A stretch of DNA of 64,000 bases from Macrostomum lignano (Eukaryota). The notes beneath the pieces were generated by a model. That model saw only the letters and a list, made by a program, of their open reading frames with translations. It did not search any database and had not been told where the DNA came from. The DNA lies in the NCBI GenBank assembly GCA_002269645.1, contig NIVC01002290.1, forward strand, positions 62,001 through 126,000. The letters run 5' to 3'. The position numbers were made by a program, and so were the translations under genes. Positions 1-11,036 of this stretch are shown piece after piece (position 1 is the stretch's first letter; each line of letters opens with the position of its first letter).

Positions 1-1773
1 CGCTTCAAAGATAACGTTGTCGAAGGCGCCAACAATGTCGAGATAGAGAGCCAGGGCGTAACCGTCACCCAGTACCGCCCGTTCAATCTTCTCGACTATC
101 GCATGCAGGGCGCTGTCAGTCGACCTCCCGGTACGGAAGGCGTGCTGATGATTGCTGAGAGGCATTGCTGTCAGCTCGCAAGAAAGCAGCCGCCAGAGAA
201 TAAGCCTCTCAGTGAGCTTAAGCATTGCTGACGTTAAGCTAATTGGCCTAAAGGCCTTGACGCTCTGGTAGTCACCCTTCCCAGGTTTGGGAATGAAGAC
301 TACCCGAGCTTCGGTCCAGCACTTGGGAACGTATCCCAGCTGGATAGAGGCCCGCATGAGATTGCGGGTAAGTCTCAAGAACGGGGGTATCTTGGCTGCT
401 TCACGAAGGAGAACAGTGTAGATACTATCAGGTCCAGGAGATTTGAAGGGCTTGAAGGTTCTGACCGCACGAGCGATTAAGTCTTCAGTGATAATGCCCG
501 CCGCTAGGGTAGCTCCATCCATTGAATGGTTGGGTTCCGATCCGGCAGTGGGTATCCTCAGGAAGAATGTGCTGAGCATATGCTGAAGCAATTCTTCAGG
601 GTCTTTAGTAAGAGAGCCATCATCTTTTCTGATCATGGCTAATTTGGACATTTTGTCCATTGTAAGGGCCTTGAAAAGCCTAGAAGTAGGTCTGTCTTGA
701 TCCAACTCATTGCAGAATTGGCGCCATTTACATTCCTTGGCCTTGCGCACTTCAGATTTGAAGTTGCGGGAGGCTTGTCGGAAAAGCTCCATGTCCTCCG
801 GGTTTCCGGTCTTCATGGCACGGCGGTGAAGGCTTTTGGCCTTCCGCCTGAGTTTCCCCAGCTCCGGGTTCCACCACGGCGCCGAGGTCTTGCCTTTGTA
901 GGCACGGACAGGGCAGGCCGCCTCATAGGCTGCAATAATGCAACCTGTCAGCGTCTCAGCCGCATGGTCCACATCCTCGCAGGTCTCAATCGGACGTAAG
1001 TCTGTGAGTTCCTGCAGGTGCAGATCAAGGGTAGCCTTATAGGCCGCCCAATCAGTGTTGCGGATGTTACGCCTCCAAGTAATCGAGTACTGGGGTTTAG
1101 TGTTCGCGATGTTAAAGGCGATAAAGCAGTGGTCAGACAGGGAGGGCTCCTCAGACCCGACTCTCCACTCCTCAACTCTGTCAAAGAGTCTTGGGGTAAC
1201 GAGTGTGGCGTCTAGGACCTCAGTCCATCTGCCATTGTTGAAGGTAGGAGTGCTACCGCGGTTGCAGAGCATGAGGTTTGTGTTAGAGATAAGGGTTAGA
1301 AGCTCCTCCCCTCTAGTATTGGTGTCTTTGCTGCCCCAGTGCTTATGGTGTGCGTTGAGGTCGCCCCCTAAACACAGCTCAGCGTTCTGGGACTCGCAGT
1401 ACTCTCGGGAGCAGGGTCTCTGTCGCCTGGGATGTAAATCGAGGCAATGAGACACGTACGCGGAGAGAGATGATTAGATTGGATGACACAAAGGTCTCCA
1501 TCAGAGAGATCAGTCCTCAGCCAAGCCTGGAGATGGCTGGCAGCGAGGATAGCCGCTCTAGGGCGGTTGTTCCCCGGGCCACACATAAAAGTCAGAGTAG
1601 CCAGAGGGAATGTTGGGCAACTCACCGTTGCGCATCCAGGGTTCCTGGATCAGGATGAGACCTGGCCTGTGCAGCTCAGCAATCTTCATCAGATTTACTG
1701 ACGCAGATACGCAATGCTGTAGATTTATTTGCAGACAGAATGTCGCTCCTTTGGCAGCGTGGAGCTTAGTCAT
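1..1773 (-). pseudogene. LINE ORF2: AP-endonuclease plus N-terminal reverse transcriptase, with two frame breaks
   Basis: Manual translation gives QINLQHC..LILIQEPW (1773-1590), a shift to NNRPRAAIL..IASIYIP, then a shift to a frame open from 1404 to 1: GGDLNAHH..WGS..TPTF..LDAT..SDHC..PWWNPEL..KSPGPD..VFIPKPGK..FRPISLTS..QHAFRTGRST..YLDIVGAFDNV. These are canonical APE and RT motifs. Confidence 0.93.
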
Positions 1774-3431
1774 AAATTAAATGCAAATTAAATGCAATTG
1801 TCTGGCTAGAGTCCGGGCCATCAAGGAGACTTGGACAGCAGGAGACTTGGCAAATCTTCCTCGTCCCAGGCCGTTGGGGCTTGACTGGGAGATGGGAGTT
1901 GGTCGATGTCCATGGCCTCCTCACCCCCACCAGCCCCCAGCCAGCAGAGTCCTCGGGCTCCGATGACAGGATGGAGGAAGCTTCCTCATCTGCATCTTTG
2001 CCTTCAGACCCCACCAGGGTGGCCGAGGAGAGCTCGGATTCCGAAGACCCGGCCTCGTCCTCAACTCCTTCTCCGGCTGGCAGGTTCGGTTCCCGGGGCT
2101 TGGCCGGAGCCGTTACCGCGGTGGCCCAACTGCTGCTAGCAGAGGGGCGAGATGCAGCTTCGGCTTTGGGATCGGCTTGCGCCTTTCCTTGGGCCTTAGA
2201 CTGCGCCCCGCTCTTGCCGGAGATGCCGGGGTTGGCAGAAGCCTTCCCTTTGGCAGACTTTCCTCGGCGCATCTTGAGCTTGAGGGCACCCAGCTGGAAA
2301 GAGGATCCATTAGGGTACCGACTCGCCCAAGCGTTGGAAAGGCCGAGGACAATTGATTTGCCCGTCTCCCCCCTGCGGACTTTGCGGTGATACACCAGTC
2401 CACTAGCAGGGAGGTCGGGGTTCAGACGCAGTAGGACCCGGCGGATAACGTCAGGTCCAGCTGCGGTGCTCTTAGCAGGGACAAAAACCACATATGGTAT
2501 AGTCTTTGGACGCTGGCCTTCGCGAAGAAAAAGAGGCTCCGCCAAGGTCAGCATCCAAGGAGACCGTCGGCAGCCGCTGGAGCAGCTACTGAGCGTCCTC
2601 CTCACTGCTAGGAGCGATAAGAACGAATGTGCTTCGCAGCACCATCCGCTCAATGCCGATGGAGATTCCCTCCTCGACAGTCAGCTCAATCAGATAGGAG
2701 TCAACAGCACTCCACACTTTTTGAAGCTGACCAGTGGTCCAGTCCTGGTCGCGACCTTGAATGATCACTCCCGGGATTTCGGGCTCCGATGACAGGATGG
2801 AGGAAGGCCGCAAAGGTAGCTCCCGAAGGAACCTCCTTGTTGGCAGTGGCCATTTGTTGCGCCGTGGTTTCGGCCTCAGCAGCCGCAGCAGCATCTCCAG
2901 GGAGCGCCGCCGCTGAACTACTGGGGCTTCCACCGGCCGGCCCGTCTGGTTGCCTTGGGACTCCAGTCGCTTCAGCATCCATGGTGGACACCGCCGCTTT
3001 GGCCCCCGCAGCTCCCTTCTTGGCCTGCCTTTTGGCGCGTTGCTTAGCGCGTTTGCGCTCAAGCCGAGCCCGCTGAGCTTCGTCGGATCTGCCAGATTTG
3101 GCCGGTCCTTTGGGCTCAGAGCCCGCGGTTCCCTTAGATCCACCAGCAGAGCTACCAAACTTTGAGTTTGGTAGCTCTGGTCGGATCTGTCAGCAGAGCC
3201 AGCCGGTCCTTTCTTTGCCACAGATGAATCAGTCGGTTGGGATCTGCCAGCAGGGCCGGCCGGTCCTTCGGACTGAGGTTGGGGTTTAGAAGGGTCCCTG
3301 TCCCTAGAAATAGGGTTTTTATCCATAGTCGGCTCGAAGGCCATGATAAAGGTTGGTGGGCTACCCTCGAAGGGGCGCGTACCCACCCGGCCGCTCCACC
3401 TGACCGGGCAGTAGGCCAAAAGAACCCTCAA
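1766..3431 (-). pseudogene. LINE ORF1 (gag-like; central domain resembles the DUF4780-type ORF1 of R1/LOA-group elements), interrupted
   Basis: ORFs 2586..3431 and 1766..2653 join across a TAG at 2586-2588 and a 1-nt shift near 2530. Basic/low-complexity ends, located directly upstream of ORF2. The DUF4780 assignment is from memory of the family. Confidence 0.7.
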
Positions 3432-3802
3432 GGCTGGCCCGACACCAGGAGGGGGACCGCTTGCGACCGGACTACTCCCCGGCCTTCCAGCCCATCGGCA
3501 CGGTCGAACATCTTAGGCATTAGAGGGTATGTTGAGCAGTACCACGGCCTGCGGACTGGCAGCCAGACCCGCATACCCAAGTTCGACAAAAGCCACTCGA
3601 AGGGCCCCCAGCGCCGGAGCCCAGTCTGTCCAGCAGCCCTAGGGTCTGCCTTGAACACACGCGGGGACGAGTACCCTGGGTCGACTTGCGAGACAGCGTG
3701 GGGGGGGGTCTGCGGCTGCCAGAGGCAAATAGAGGGTGCAGACCTCCCACCAGCCTTGACCTGCTGAAAATAGGGGCAGGCGTGAAGCATCGCAGACCTT
3801 AG

Positions 3803-4166
3803 GGGCCGTAGCCCAGCGGTAGCGCAGCTGCTCTGGTGTGCCGCGACCCAGGCTCGATTCCAAGTGCAGCCACATTAATTTGGGGCTGGATTGGAATCTT
3901 GGCTTGGCTCGCTTGTGCAATTAACGGCCTTGAGAGCCAACCCCCCCAAGGCGCAGTGAAGTGTACATGCCTAACAATTGATAAAAGTTAGGGCCGCTGT
4001 ACACTCCTGTGTGAGTGTGTGCCTGCGTAACGTATCCGCGCGCTTGTATGCCTGCTCAGGGGAGTCGGCGGAATGGGCAGTAATGCCTCTCGCCGGTTGT
4101 GTGCCAATGACGCTTAAATTGCGCCAGGGTGCACACAACCCCCCTGCCTCTAAAAAAAAAAAAATA
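3803..4166 (+). mobile_element. Full-length tRNA-derived SINE with poly(A) tail and 14-bp target-site duplication
   Basis: A-box TAGCCCAGCGG at 3809-3819, B-box GGCTCGATTCC at 3851-3861, A-run at 4152-4164. ATCGCAGACCTTAG occurs at 3789-3802 and 4167-4180. Homologous copies occur elsewhere in the window. Confidence 0.88.
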
Positions 4167-4239
4167 ATCGCAGACCTTAGCCCATGGGCCTAGTCTGTCT
4201 CATACTTCACTGGCATGCTGAATACGCCTTCGCGCGCGC

Positions 4240-5025
4240 CCTATCCAACTCTCCCAAATTCCCTTTCCGATGCCCCATGCAACTCTCTCAAATTCCCTCC
4301 CCGATTCCCCATGCAACTCTCCCAAATTCCATTTTCGATTCCCTATCCTACGCTCCCGAATACCCTCCCCAATTCCCCATCTAACTCTACCGAATTTCCT
4401 CCCCAATTTCCCAACTCTCCCAAATTCCCTCCCCGATTCCCCAACTCTCCCGAATTCCCTTCCCTATTTCCCAACTCTCCTAAATTCCCTACCCGATTCC
4501 CCGTGCAACTCTCCTAAATTCCTTCCCCAATTCCCCATCCAACTCTCCCGAATTCCCTCACCGATTCCCCATGCAACTCTCCCGAATTCCCTCCCCGATT
4601 CCCCTATCCAACTCTCCCAAATTCCATTTTCGATTCCCCATCCTACGCTCCCGAATTCCCTCCCCGATTCCCCATCCAACTCTCCCAAATTCCCTCCCCA
4701 ATTTCCCAACCCTCCCGAATTCCCTCCCCAATTTCCCAACTCTCCCGAATCCCCCCTCCCCAATTTCCCAACTCTCCCGAATCCCCCCTCCCCAATTTCC
4801 CAACTCTCCCGAATTCCCTCCCCGATTCCCCATGATACTCTCCCAAATTCCCTCCCCAACTTCCCCAACTCTTCCTAATTCCCTCCCCGATTCCCCATGG
4901 TACTCTCCCAAATTCCCTCCCCAACTTCCCCAACTCTTCCTAATTCCCTCCCCGATTCCCCATGGTACTCTCCCAAATTCCCTCCCCAACTTCCCCAACT
5001 CTTCCTAATTCCCTCACCGATTCCC
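4240..5025. repeat. Degenerate C/T-rich tandem repeat (ccaactctcccgaattccctccccgattccc-like)
   Basis: Repeated motif visible; gives periodic PNSPKFP-type ORFs in several frames. Confidence 0.9.
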
Positions 5026-5035
5026 TGAATCCAAG

Positions 5036-5336
5036 GTATTTTGAGTCCTCAACAGTAACTCGGATGCGAATTGCAGAGGACGAACTAATCGAAGGCAGCT
5101 GCATCACCTGGTTTCACCTGGGCGGCATTCTGTCACTGGCCTACATCCTGTTGCTAATGCTGCTGCTGGTGATTCTGGAGACGGTCATCCAGCCAGAGAC
5201 AGGCGACGAACGAGAGCGCAAGTTGGAAGCGGAGGTCGCCGAGGCCGAGGCCGAGGCGGAAGCGGCGGAAGCTGCGGAGGCTGCAGAAGCGGCATCGCAA
5301 GATGCGGCATCAACCACAGTGACTGAATTGAACTGA
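5036..5336 (+). CDS. Probable terminal exon of a membrane protein; rest of gene upstream of the window
   Basis: Open frame YFESS...ITWFHLGGILSLAYILLLMLLLVILE...acidic/Ala-rich tail, ending TGA at 5334-5336. GC-rich codon style. Acceptor candidate AAG at 5033-5035 is uncertain. Weak resemblance to the last helix of NRF-6/acyltransferase-3 proteins only. Confidence 0.5.
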
Positions 5337-5439
5337 CCTGACTAATTACTTTATTTCATAAAACTTTAAATTGCACGTTTACGCCAACTTTTAATTATAA
5401 ATATCATAATTAATTGGTATCCCCACCCATATTTGATGT

Positions 5440-5580
5440 AAAAATGAAATATTGGCTGCACTTTTGAAATCGGATAAACGGATATAAGTTTCATGCGATT
5501 CGTACACCCATGAAGGCACAGAGAGTGTGCATTCCTGATGATTAGACACCGTGTGAGCGTGTGTATAAGTGCGTGCCTTC
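5440..5580 (+). mobile_element. Highly diverged fragment of the SINE family core
   Basis: gaaggcacagagagtgtgcattcctga...gtgtgagcgtgtgt aligns loosely to SINE 3948-4020. Confidence 0.4.
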
Positions 5581-5869
5581 ATTTAACTTTAACTTTAACC
5601 TTCATTTGACTTTTGAACTCCCGTCTCAAGTTCACCGCAGCGATTCCAGTCACGCCAACAAGGCCCGGGAATCTCCGCTGGACCAACAGCTGTCCTGTCC
5701 CCAGCTCTGCCCAGCTGGCCAAGGCACTCAAAAACTTCGCCGTGCTTTGCACCTTTGCTGTTTATTGGACAAAGTGCGGAGCCATTGAGCAAGTGAGGGA
5801 CTTTATCTGCACTGAAGTTGCTTGTCGCAAATCCTGTACTTTTGTGTCTAAGGCCTGCAAATGTAATGA

Positions 5870-6135
5870 CAGAATGGAATGCTAATCTAGCCTGCATCAG
5901 TGAAGGAATAGAATGGATTGCTAATCTAGCCTACATCAATGATGAAGGAATAGAATGGATTGCTAATCTAGCCTACATCAGTGATGAAGGAATAGAATGG
6001 ATTGCTAATCTAGCCTGCATCAGAGATGAAGGAATAGAATGGATTGCTAATCTAGCCTACATCAATGAAGGAATAGAATGGATTGCTAATCTAGCCTGCA
6101 TCAATGAAGGAATAGAATGGATTGCTAATCTAGCA
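5870..6135 (+). repeat. 39-45-bp minisatellite (gaaggaatagaatggattgctaatctagcctacatcaatgat)
   Basis: About 6 units; same family as 49010-50420 in the opposite orientation. Confidence 0.92.
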
Positions 6136-6610
6136 AACAGAATGCTGCACAAGAGTTTTATTCGCATGCAAAGAAATGAAAGCAATTTGGGCAGATATTG
6201 GTTGCTGTGTGGAGCATCAAGCTCTCTGCTCGGCGTGAATGCAGTAAATAACGAGCGTATCTGTTAGAAAAAAAGCGGAAACACGTGCATTTTTTAAATT
6301 AGAGTATTAACTTTGCACGCTAGATAGAGAACGAGCTTATAGGAAGGAGACTGCGATAAGAATTCTCTCTGGCTATTTTGACTGAACCAGCCGCCTCATC
6401 TCAGCCTTCCTCAGAGTGCATTCTTTGCAACAATTGGTTTGCTGTTGACGAAAAAACACACAGCTCTCCGTCGAGTAATTAATAGGTTTTAGAGAGGCTG
6501 GTGGGGTGGGTGTGCATGTGTGTCTCAATACCGAACTGAGAGGGGCGGTGCTGCACACGTGCAGGGAGGCCCAGAACCAGCAGTCTGGAGCGGAGTGCCA
6601 GTCTTTGATC

Positions 6611-6660
6611 CAGGGATTGGCAAACTTTTTTACCGCGTGCTCAAGGGCCAGATAAAGAAT
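6611..6660 (+). mobile_element. hAT/Charlie-like transposon left-end fragment
   Basis: CAGGGATTGGCAAACTTTTTT...AAGGGCCAGATA resembles MER58-type hAT termini; no matching right end found. Confidence 0.4.
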
Positions 6661-6699
6661 CCAGTTCAGGATTTCGGTTCAAATAGGAGAAAGAAGGAG

Positions 6700-7340
6700 A
6701 GAGAATAGAGAAGAGAAAGGAGGGGATGAGAGATGGAATGACGATGAGAGAGAAGATACATGTAAGAAGAGAGGAGGGAAGAGAGAGGTCAGAGGATAGA
6801 TATGAAGAGAGAAGAAAGGAGACAAGAGGAGAGGAGAGAAGAGAGAGAAGAGGGAGGAGGAGGAGAGAAGAGGGAGGAGGGAGGAGAGAAGAGGGAGGAG
6901 GGAGGAGAGAAGAGGGAGGAGGGAGGAGAGAAGAGGGAGGAGGGAGGAGAGAAGAGGGAGGAGGGAGGAGAGAAGAGGGAGGAGGGAGGAGAGAAGAGGG
7001 AGGAGGAGGAGAGAAGAGGGAGGAGGGAGGAGAGAAGAGGGAGGAGGGAGGAGAGAAGAGGGAGGAGGGAGGAGAGAAGAGGGAGGAGGAGGAGAGAAGA
7101 GGGAGGAGGGAGGAGAGAAGAGGGAGGAGGGAGGAGAGAAGAGGGAGGAGGGAGGAGAGAAGAGGGAGGAGGAGGAGAGAAGAGGGAGGAGGAGGAGAGA
7201 AGAGGGAGGAGGGAGGAGAGAAGAGGGAGGAGGAGGAGAGATAGAGGAGAGGGAGAAGAAGGAGAGAGGAGAGAGAGGAGAGAGAGGAGAGAGAGAGAGA
7301 GAGAGAGAAGGGAGAGAGGAGAAAGAAGAGAGGAGAGAGA
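6700..7340. repeat. GA-rich low-complexity tandem repeat (ggagagaagagggagga)
   Basis: Purine-only periodic sequence. Confidence 0.95.
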
Positions 7341-7751
7341 GGGGTTGAAGCAACAACTTATCGCTTTTAAAGGGACTGCTCAGTTAAAAGCCTCGTTAAA
7401 TAAACGTTATATATATCTGCTAGTCGAAAATGCTAATTAGACTTACGAACTTGAGATGCACCATGGTGAGAATTTTGCTTACAAAATATAAAATATACTT
7501 CAGAAGTATAAAATATCCTAATTTCATTGGTTTATCTGTGGACGTCAGACTGACCTGAGAACGTGTTCCCAGAAACGTTTACACTAGCTAGCAGTGTTCC
7601 GTTGCGGCGCCCTCAAATGGTCTTTGGTGGACAACATGCATTTACAGTGTAATATCTATAGGCTATAGGAGTCATTTTTATTGCACTATCAAAAAAAGCA
7701 AACGAGTTTTCATAGATAAGAGAGCAAAGTACAATTCATGCTGCACGGGAG

Positions 7752-9950
7752 GCTAGCAGATTTCCTTTTAGCAGATTTCCTTTTAGCAGATTTCCTTTTA
7801 GCAGATTTCCTTTTAGCAGATTTCCTTTTAGCAGATTTCCTTTTTAGCAGATTTCCTTTTAGCAGATTTCCTTTTAGCAGATTTCCTTTTAGCAGATTTC
7901 CTTTTAGCAGATTTCCTTTTAGCAGATTTCCTTTTAGCAGATTTCCTTTTAGCAGATTTCCTTTTAGCAGATTTCCTTTTAGCAGATTTCCTTTTAGCAG
8001 ATTTCCTTTTAGCAGATTTCCTTTTAGCAGATTTCGGTTAGCAGATTTCGGTTAGCAGCTTTCGGTTAGCAGATTTTGGTTAGCAGATTTCCGTTAGCAG
8101 ATTTCGGTTAGCAGCTTTCCTTTTAGCAGATTTTGGTTAGCAGATTTCCGTTAGCAGATTTTGGTTAGCAGATTTCCGTTAGCAGATTTCGGTTAGCAGA
8201 TTTCGGTTAGCAGATTTCGGTAGCAGCTTTCGGTTAGCAGATTTCCTTTTAGCAGATTTCGGCTAGCAGATCTCGGTTAGCAGATTTCGGTTAGCAGATT
8301 TCGGCTAGCAGATCTCGGTTAGCAGATTTCGGTTAGCAGATCTCGGTAAGCAGATCTCGGTTAGCAGATTTCGGCTAGCAGATCTCGGTTAGCAGATCTC
8401 GGTTAGCAGATCTCGGTTAGCAGATTTCCTTTTAGCAGATCTCGGTTAGCAGATCTCGCTTAGCAGATTTCGGTTAGCAGATTTCGGTTAGCAGATCTCG
8501 GTTAGCAGATCTCGGTTAGCAGATCTCGGTTAGCAGATTTTGGTTAGCAGATTTCGGTTAGCAGATCTCGCTTAGCAGATTTCGGTTAGCAGATCTCGGT
8601 TAGCAGATTTCGGTTAGCAGATCTCGGTAAGCAGATTTCGGCTAGCAGATCTCGGTTAGCAGATCTCGCTTAGCAGATTTCGGTTAGCAGATTTCGGTTA
8701 GCAGATCTCGGTTAGCAGATCTCGGTTAGCAGATCTCGGTTAGCAGATCTCGGTTAGCAGATTTCCTTTTAGCAGATCTCGGTTAGCAGATCTCGGTTAG
8801 CAGATTTTGGTTAGCAGATTTCGGTTAGCAGATTTCGGTTAGCAGATTTCGGTTAGCAGATTTCGGTTAGCAGATTTCGGTTAGCAGATTTCGGTTAGCA
8901 GATTTCGGTTAGCAGATTTCGGTTAGCAGATTTCGGTTAGCAGATTTCGGTTAGCAGATCTCGGTTAGCAGATTTTGGTTAGCAGATTTCGGTTAGCAGA
9001 TCTCGCTTAGCAGATTTCGGTTAGCAGATTTCGGTTAGCAGATCTCGGTAAGCAGATCTCGGTTAGCAGATCTCGGTTAGCAGATCTCGGTTAGCAGATC
9101 TCGGTTAGCAGATTTCCTTTTAGCAGATCTCGGTTAGCAGATCTCGGTTAGCAGATTTCGGTTAGCAGATCTCGGTTAGCAGATTTTGGTTAGCAGATTT
9201 CGGTTAGCAGATCTCGGTAAGCAGATCTCGGTTAGCAGATCTCGGTTAGCAGATCTCGGTTAGCAGATCTCGGTTAGCAGATTTCCTTTTAGCAGATCTC
9301 GGTTAGCAGATCTCGGTTAGCAGATTTCGGTTAGCAGATCTCGGTTAGCAGATTTCGGTTAGCAGATCTCGGTTAGCAGATTTCGGTTAGCAGATTTCGG
9401 TTAGCAGATTTTGGTTAGCAGATTTTGGTTAGCAGATTTTGGTTAGCAGATTTCGGTTAGCAGATCTCGGTTAGCAGATCTCGGTTAGCAGATTTCGGTT
9501 AGCAGATTTTGGTTAGCAGATTTCGGTTAGCAGATTTTGGTTAGCAGATTTTGGTTAGTAGATCTCGGTTAGCAGATTTTGGTTAGCAGATTTTGGTTAG
9601 CAGATTTTGGTTAGCAGATTTTGGTTAGCAGATTTCGGTTAGCAGATTTCGGTTAGCAGATTTTGGTTAGCAGATTTCGGTTAGCAGATTTTGGTTAGCA
9701 GATTTTGGTTAGTAGATCTCGGTTAGCAGATTTTGGTTAGCAGATTTTGGTTAGCAGATTTTGGTTAGCAGATTTTGGTTAGCAGATTTTGGTTAGTAGA
9801 TCTCGGTTAGCAGATTTCAGTTTCAGATTTCGGTTAGCAGATTTCGGTTAGCAGATTTCGGTTAGCAGATCTCGGTTAGCAGATCTCGGTTAGCAGATCT
9901 CGGTTAGCAGATCTCGGTTAGCAGATCTCGGTTAGCAGATCTCGGTTAGC
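7752..9950. repeat. 14/15-bp minisatellite (ttagcagatttcgg / ttagcagatttcctt), about 2.2 kb
   Basis: Directly visible; variant units are clustered along the array. Confidence 0.97.
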
Positions 9951-10207
9951 AAACTTCATAGACCCGGAGTCGCCACTCCAGACTACTCGTATGCTTGGTT
10001 GCGGGTTCTCCTTGACTCTCCTGAGTCAGCCAACCCCGAGCAGCCAAAGAGAGAAATGAATCTAGGGCGGAGAGGCAGAGAGAGAAGAAAGACAGGGGGG
10101 GGGGCAAATAATAAAAGAGAACTGAGCGCCACCCCCCGACTGGCTTCTGCTAACAGCAGAAACAGAAAATATCGCACAACACACACAGAGGGTTTGGTGT
10201 CGGATTT

Positions 10208-10215
10208 TATAAAAA
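10208..10215 (+). promoter_or_regulatory. Candidate TATA box of the NHL gene
   Basis: TATAAAAA upstream of a putative non-coding first exon ending CAG|gtaagg at 10367, with acceptor tttttag at 10537 ten bases before ATG 10547. Confidence 0.35.
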
Positions 10216-10546
10216 GGAAAACCCTTGAACAAGTGCCTGCAGAGTTCCAAAACACAAACAACGACGATACGGGATCACATTTCAGCTTGTACTATTATTA
10301 ACTTCAATCGCATCAGCTGCTGCAGACAAGAGGCGACACGGCTTTCTGTACAATTCATGGATTCCAGGTAAGGAAGTCTCGCAGCAACCATCAGTTTGCT
10401 GGTTGCACTCTTAAAGAACGAATGCCCGACCTAATATCCGGTCTCTATATATGCAGCCCTGTTCCATTCTTGAACTTTAAACTCAGAGGCCTTGCGTCCT
10501 GCGCAGTTATTTCTAAAAACAGCCAGACTATTTTTAGCATCCACAA

Positions 10547-11036
10547 ATGCTGACCAGCCAACTGCCTGGTTGGGAACCCAGCCCGCAGCTGTCGGAGGCC
10601 GCAGCGACAGCTGCCAGGTTGTTCGGCCCACTGCGAGCCACCGTCGATCAGTGGGAGCGCCGGGTTGCTCAGAATCTGTTGACGGCCGCCAGCAGCAACA
10701 ACAACAATGGCGGCAGCGACGTCGGCTGCAGCAGCGCCCGACTCGGCGAGCTGAGCGTCGGACTGCGACAGGTTCGCCGCCAGGTGGACCGGCGCATGGC
10801 GCAGCTGCTCCGCCCAGACTGTGAAGCCTGCCGGCTGGCCGTCGCTCTGGCCGACGACCGAAACGAACACGACGATGACAACGACGATGATGACAAAGGG
10901 TTCGACAGCGGCGCGGCGCTGACCATCCGGTCGGCGGGCAGCATCGCCGAGCTGGGCGGCTGCGTCCGCTGGCTGGCCGTGGCCAGCGACACCTCCGGCT
11001 TCGGAGTGGACGGCAGCGGCAGGCTGGTTGCCAAAG
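10547..11036 (+). CDS. NHL-repeat gene coding exon 1 (coiled-coil-like and acidic stretch)
   Basis: GC-rich open frame ending at a GT donor. Confidence 0.7.

Larger units (their letters stand above)
1..3790 (-). mobile_element. Non-LTR retrotransposon (APE-RT, R1/LOA-like), 5' portion, degenerate copy; continues beyond window start
   Basis: ORF1 followed by an APE endonuclease and RT on the minus strand. Frameshifts near 2530, 1590 and 1405 and a stop at 2586-2588. The 5' boundary is uncertain (3790 to about 4240). Confidence 0.93.

Noticed and set aside
3803-3872. Functional tRNA gene
   Set aside because: Stems do not close into a cloverleaf, and the sequence continues into a SINE body with A-tail and TSD.
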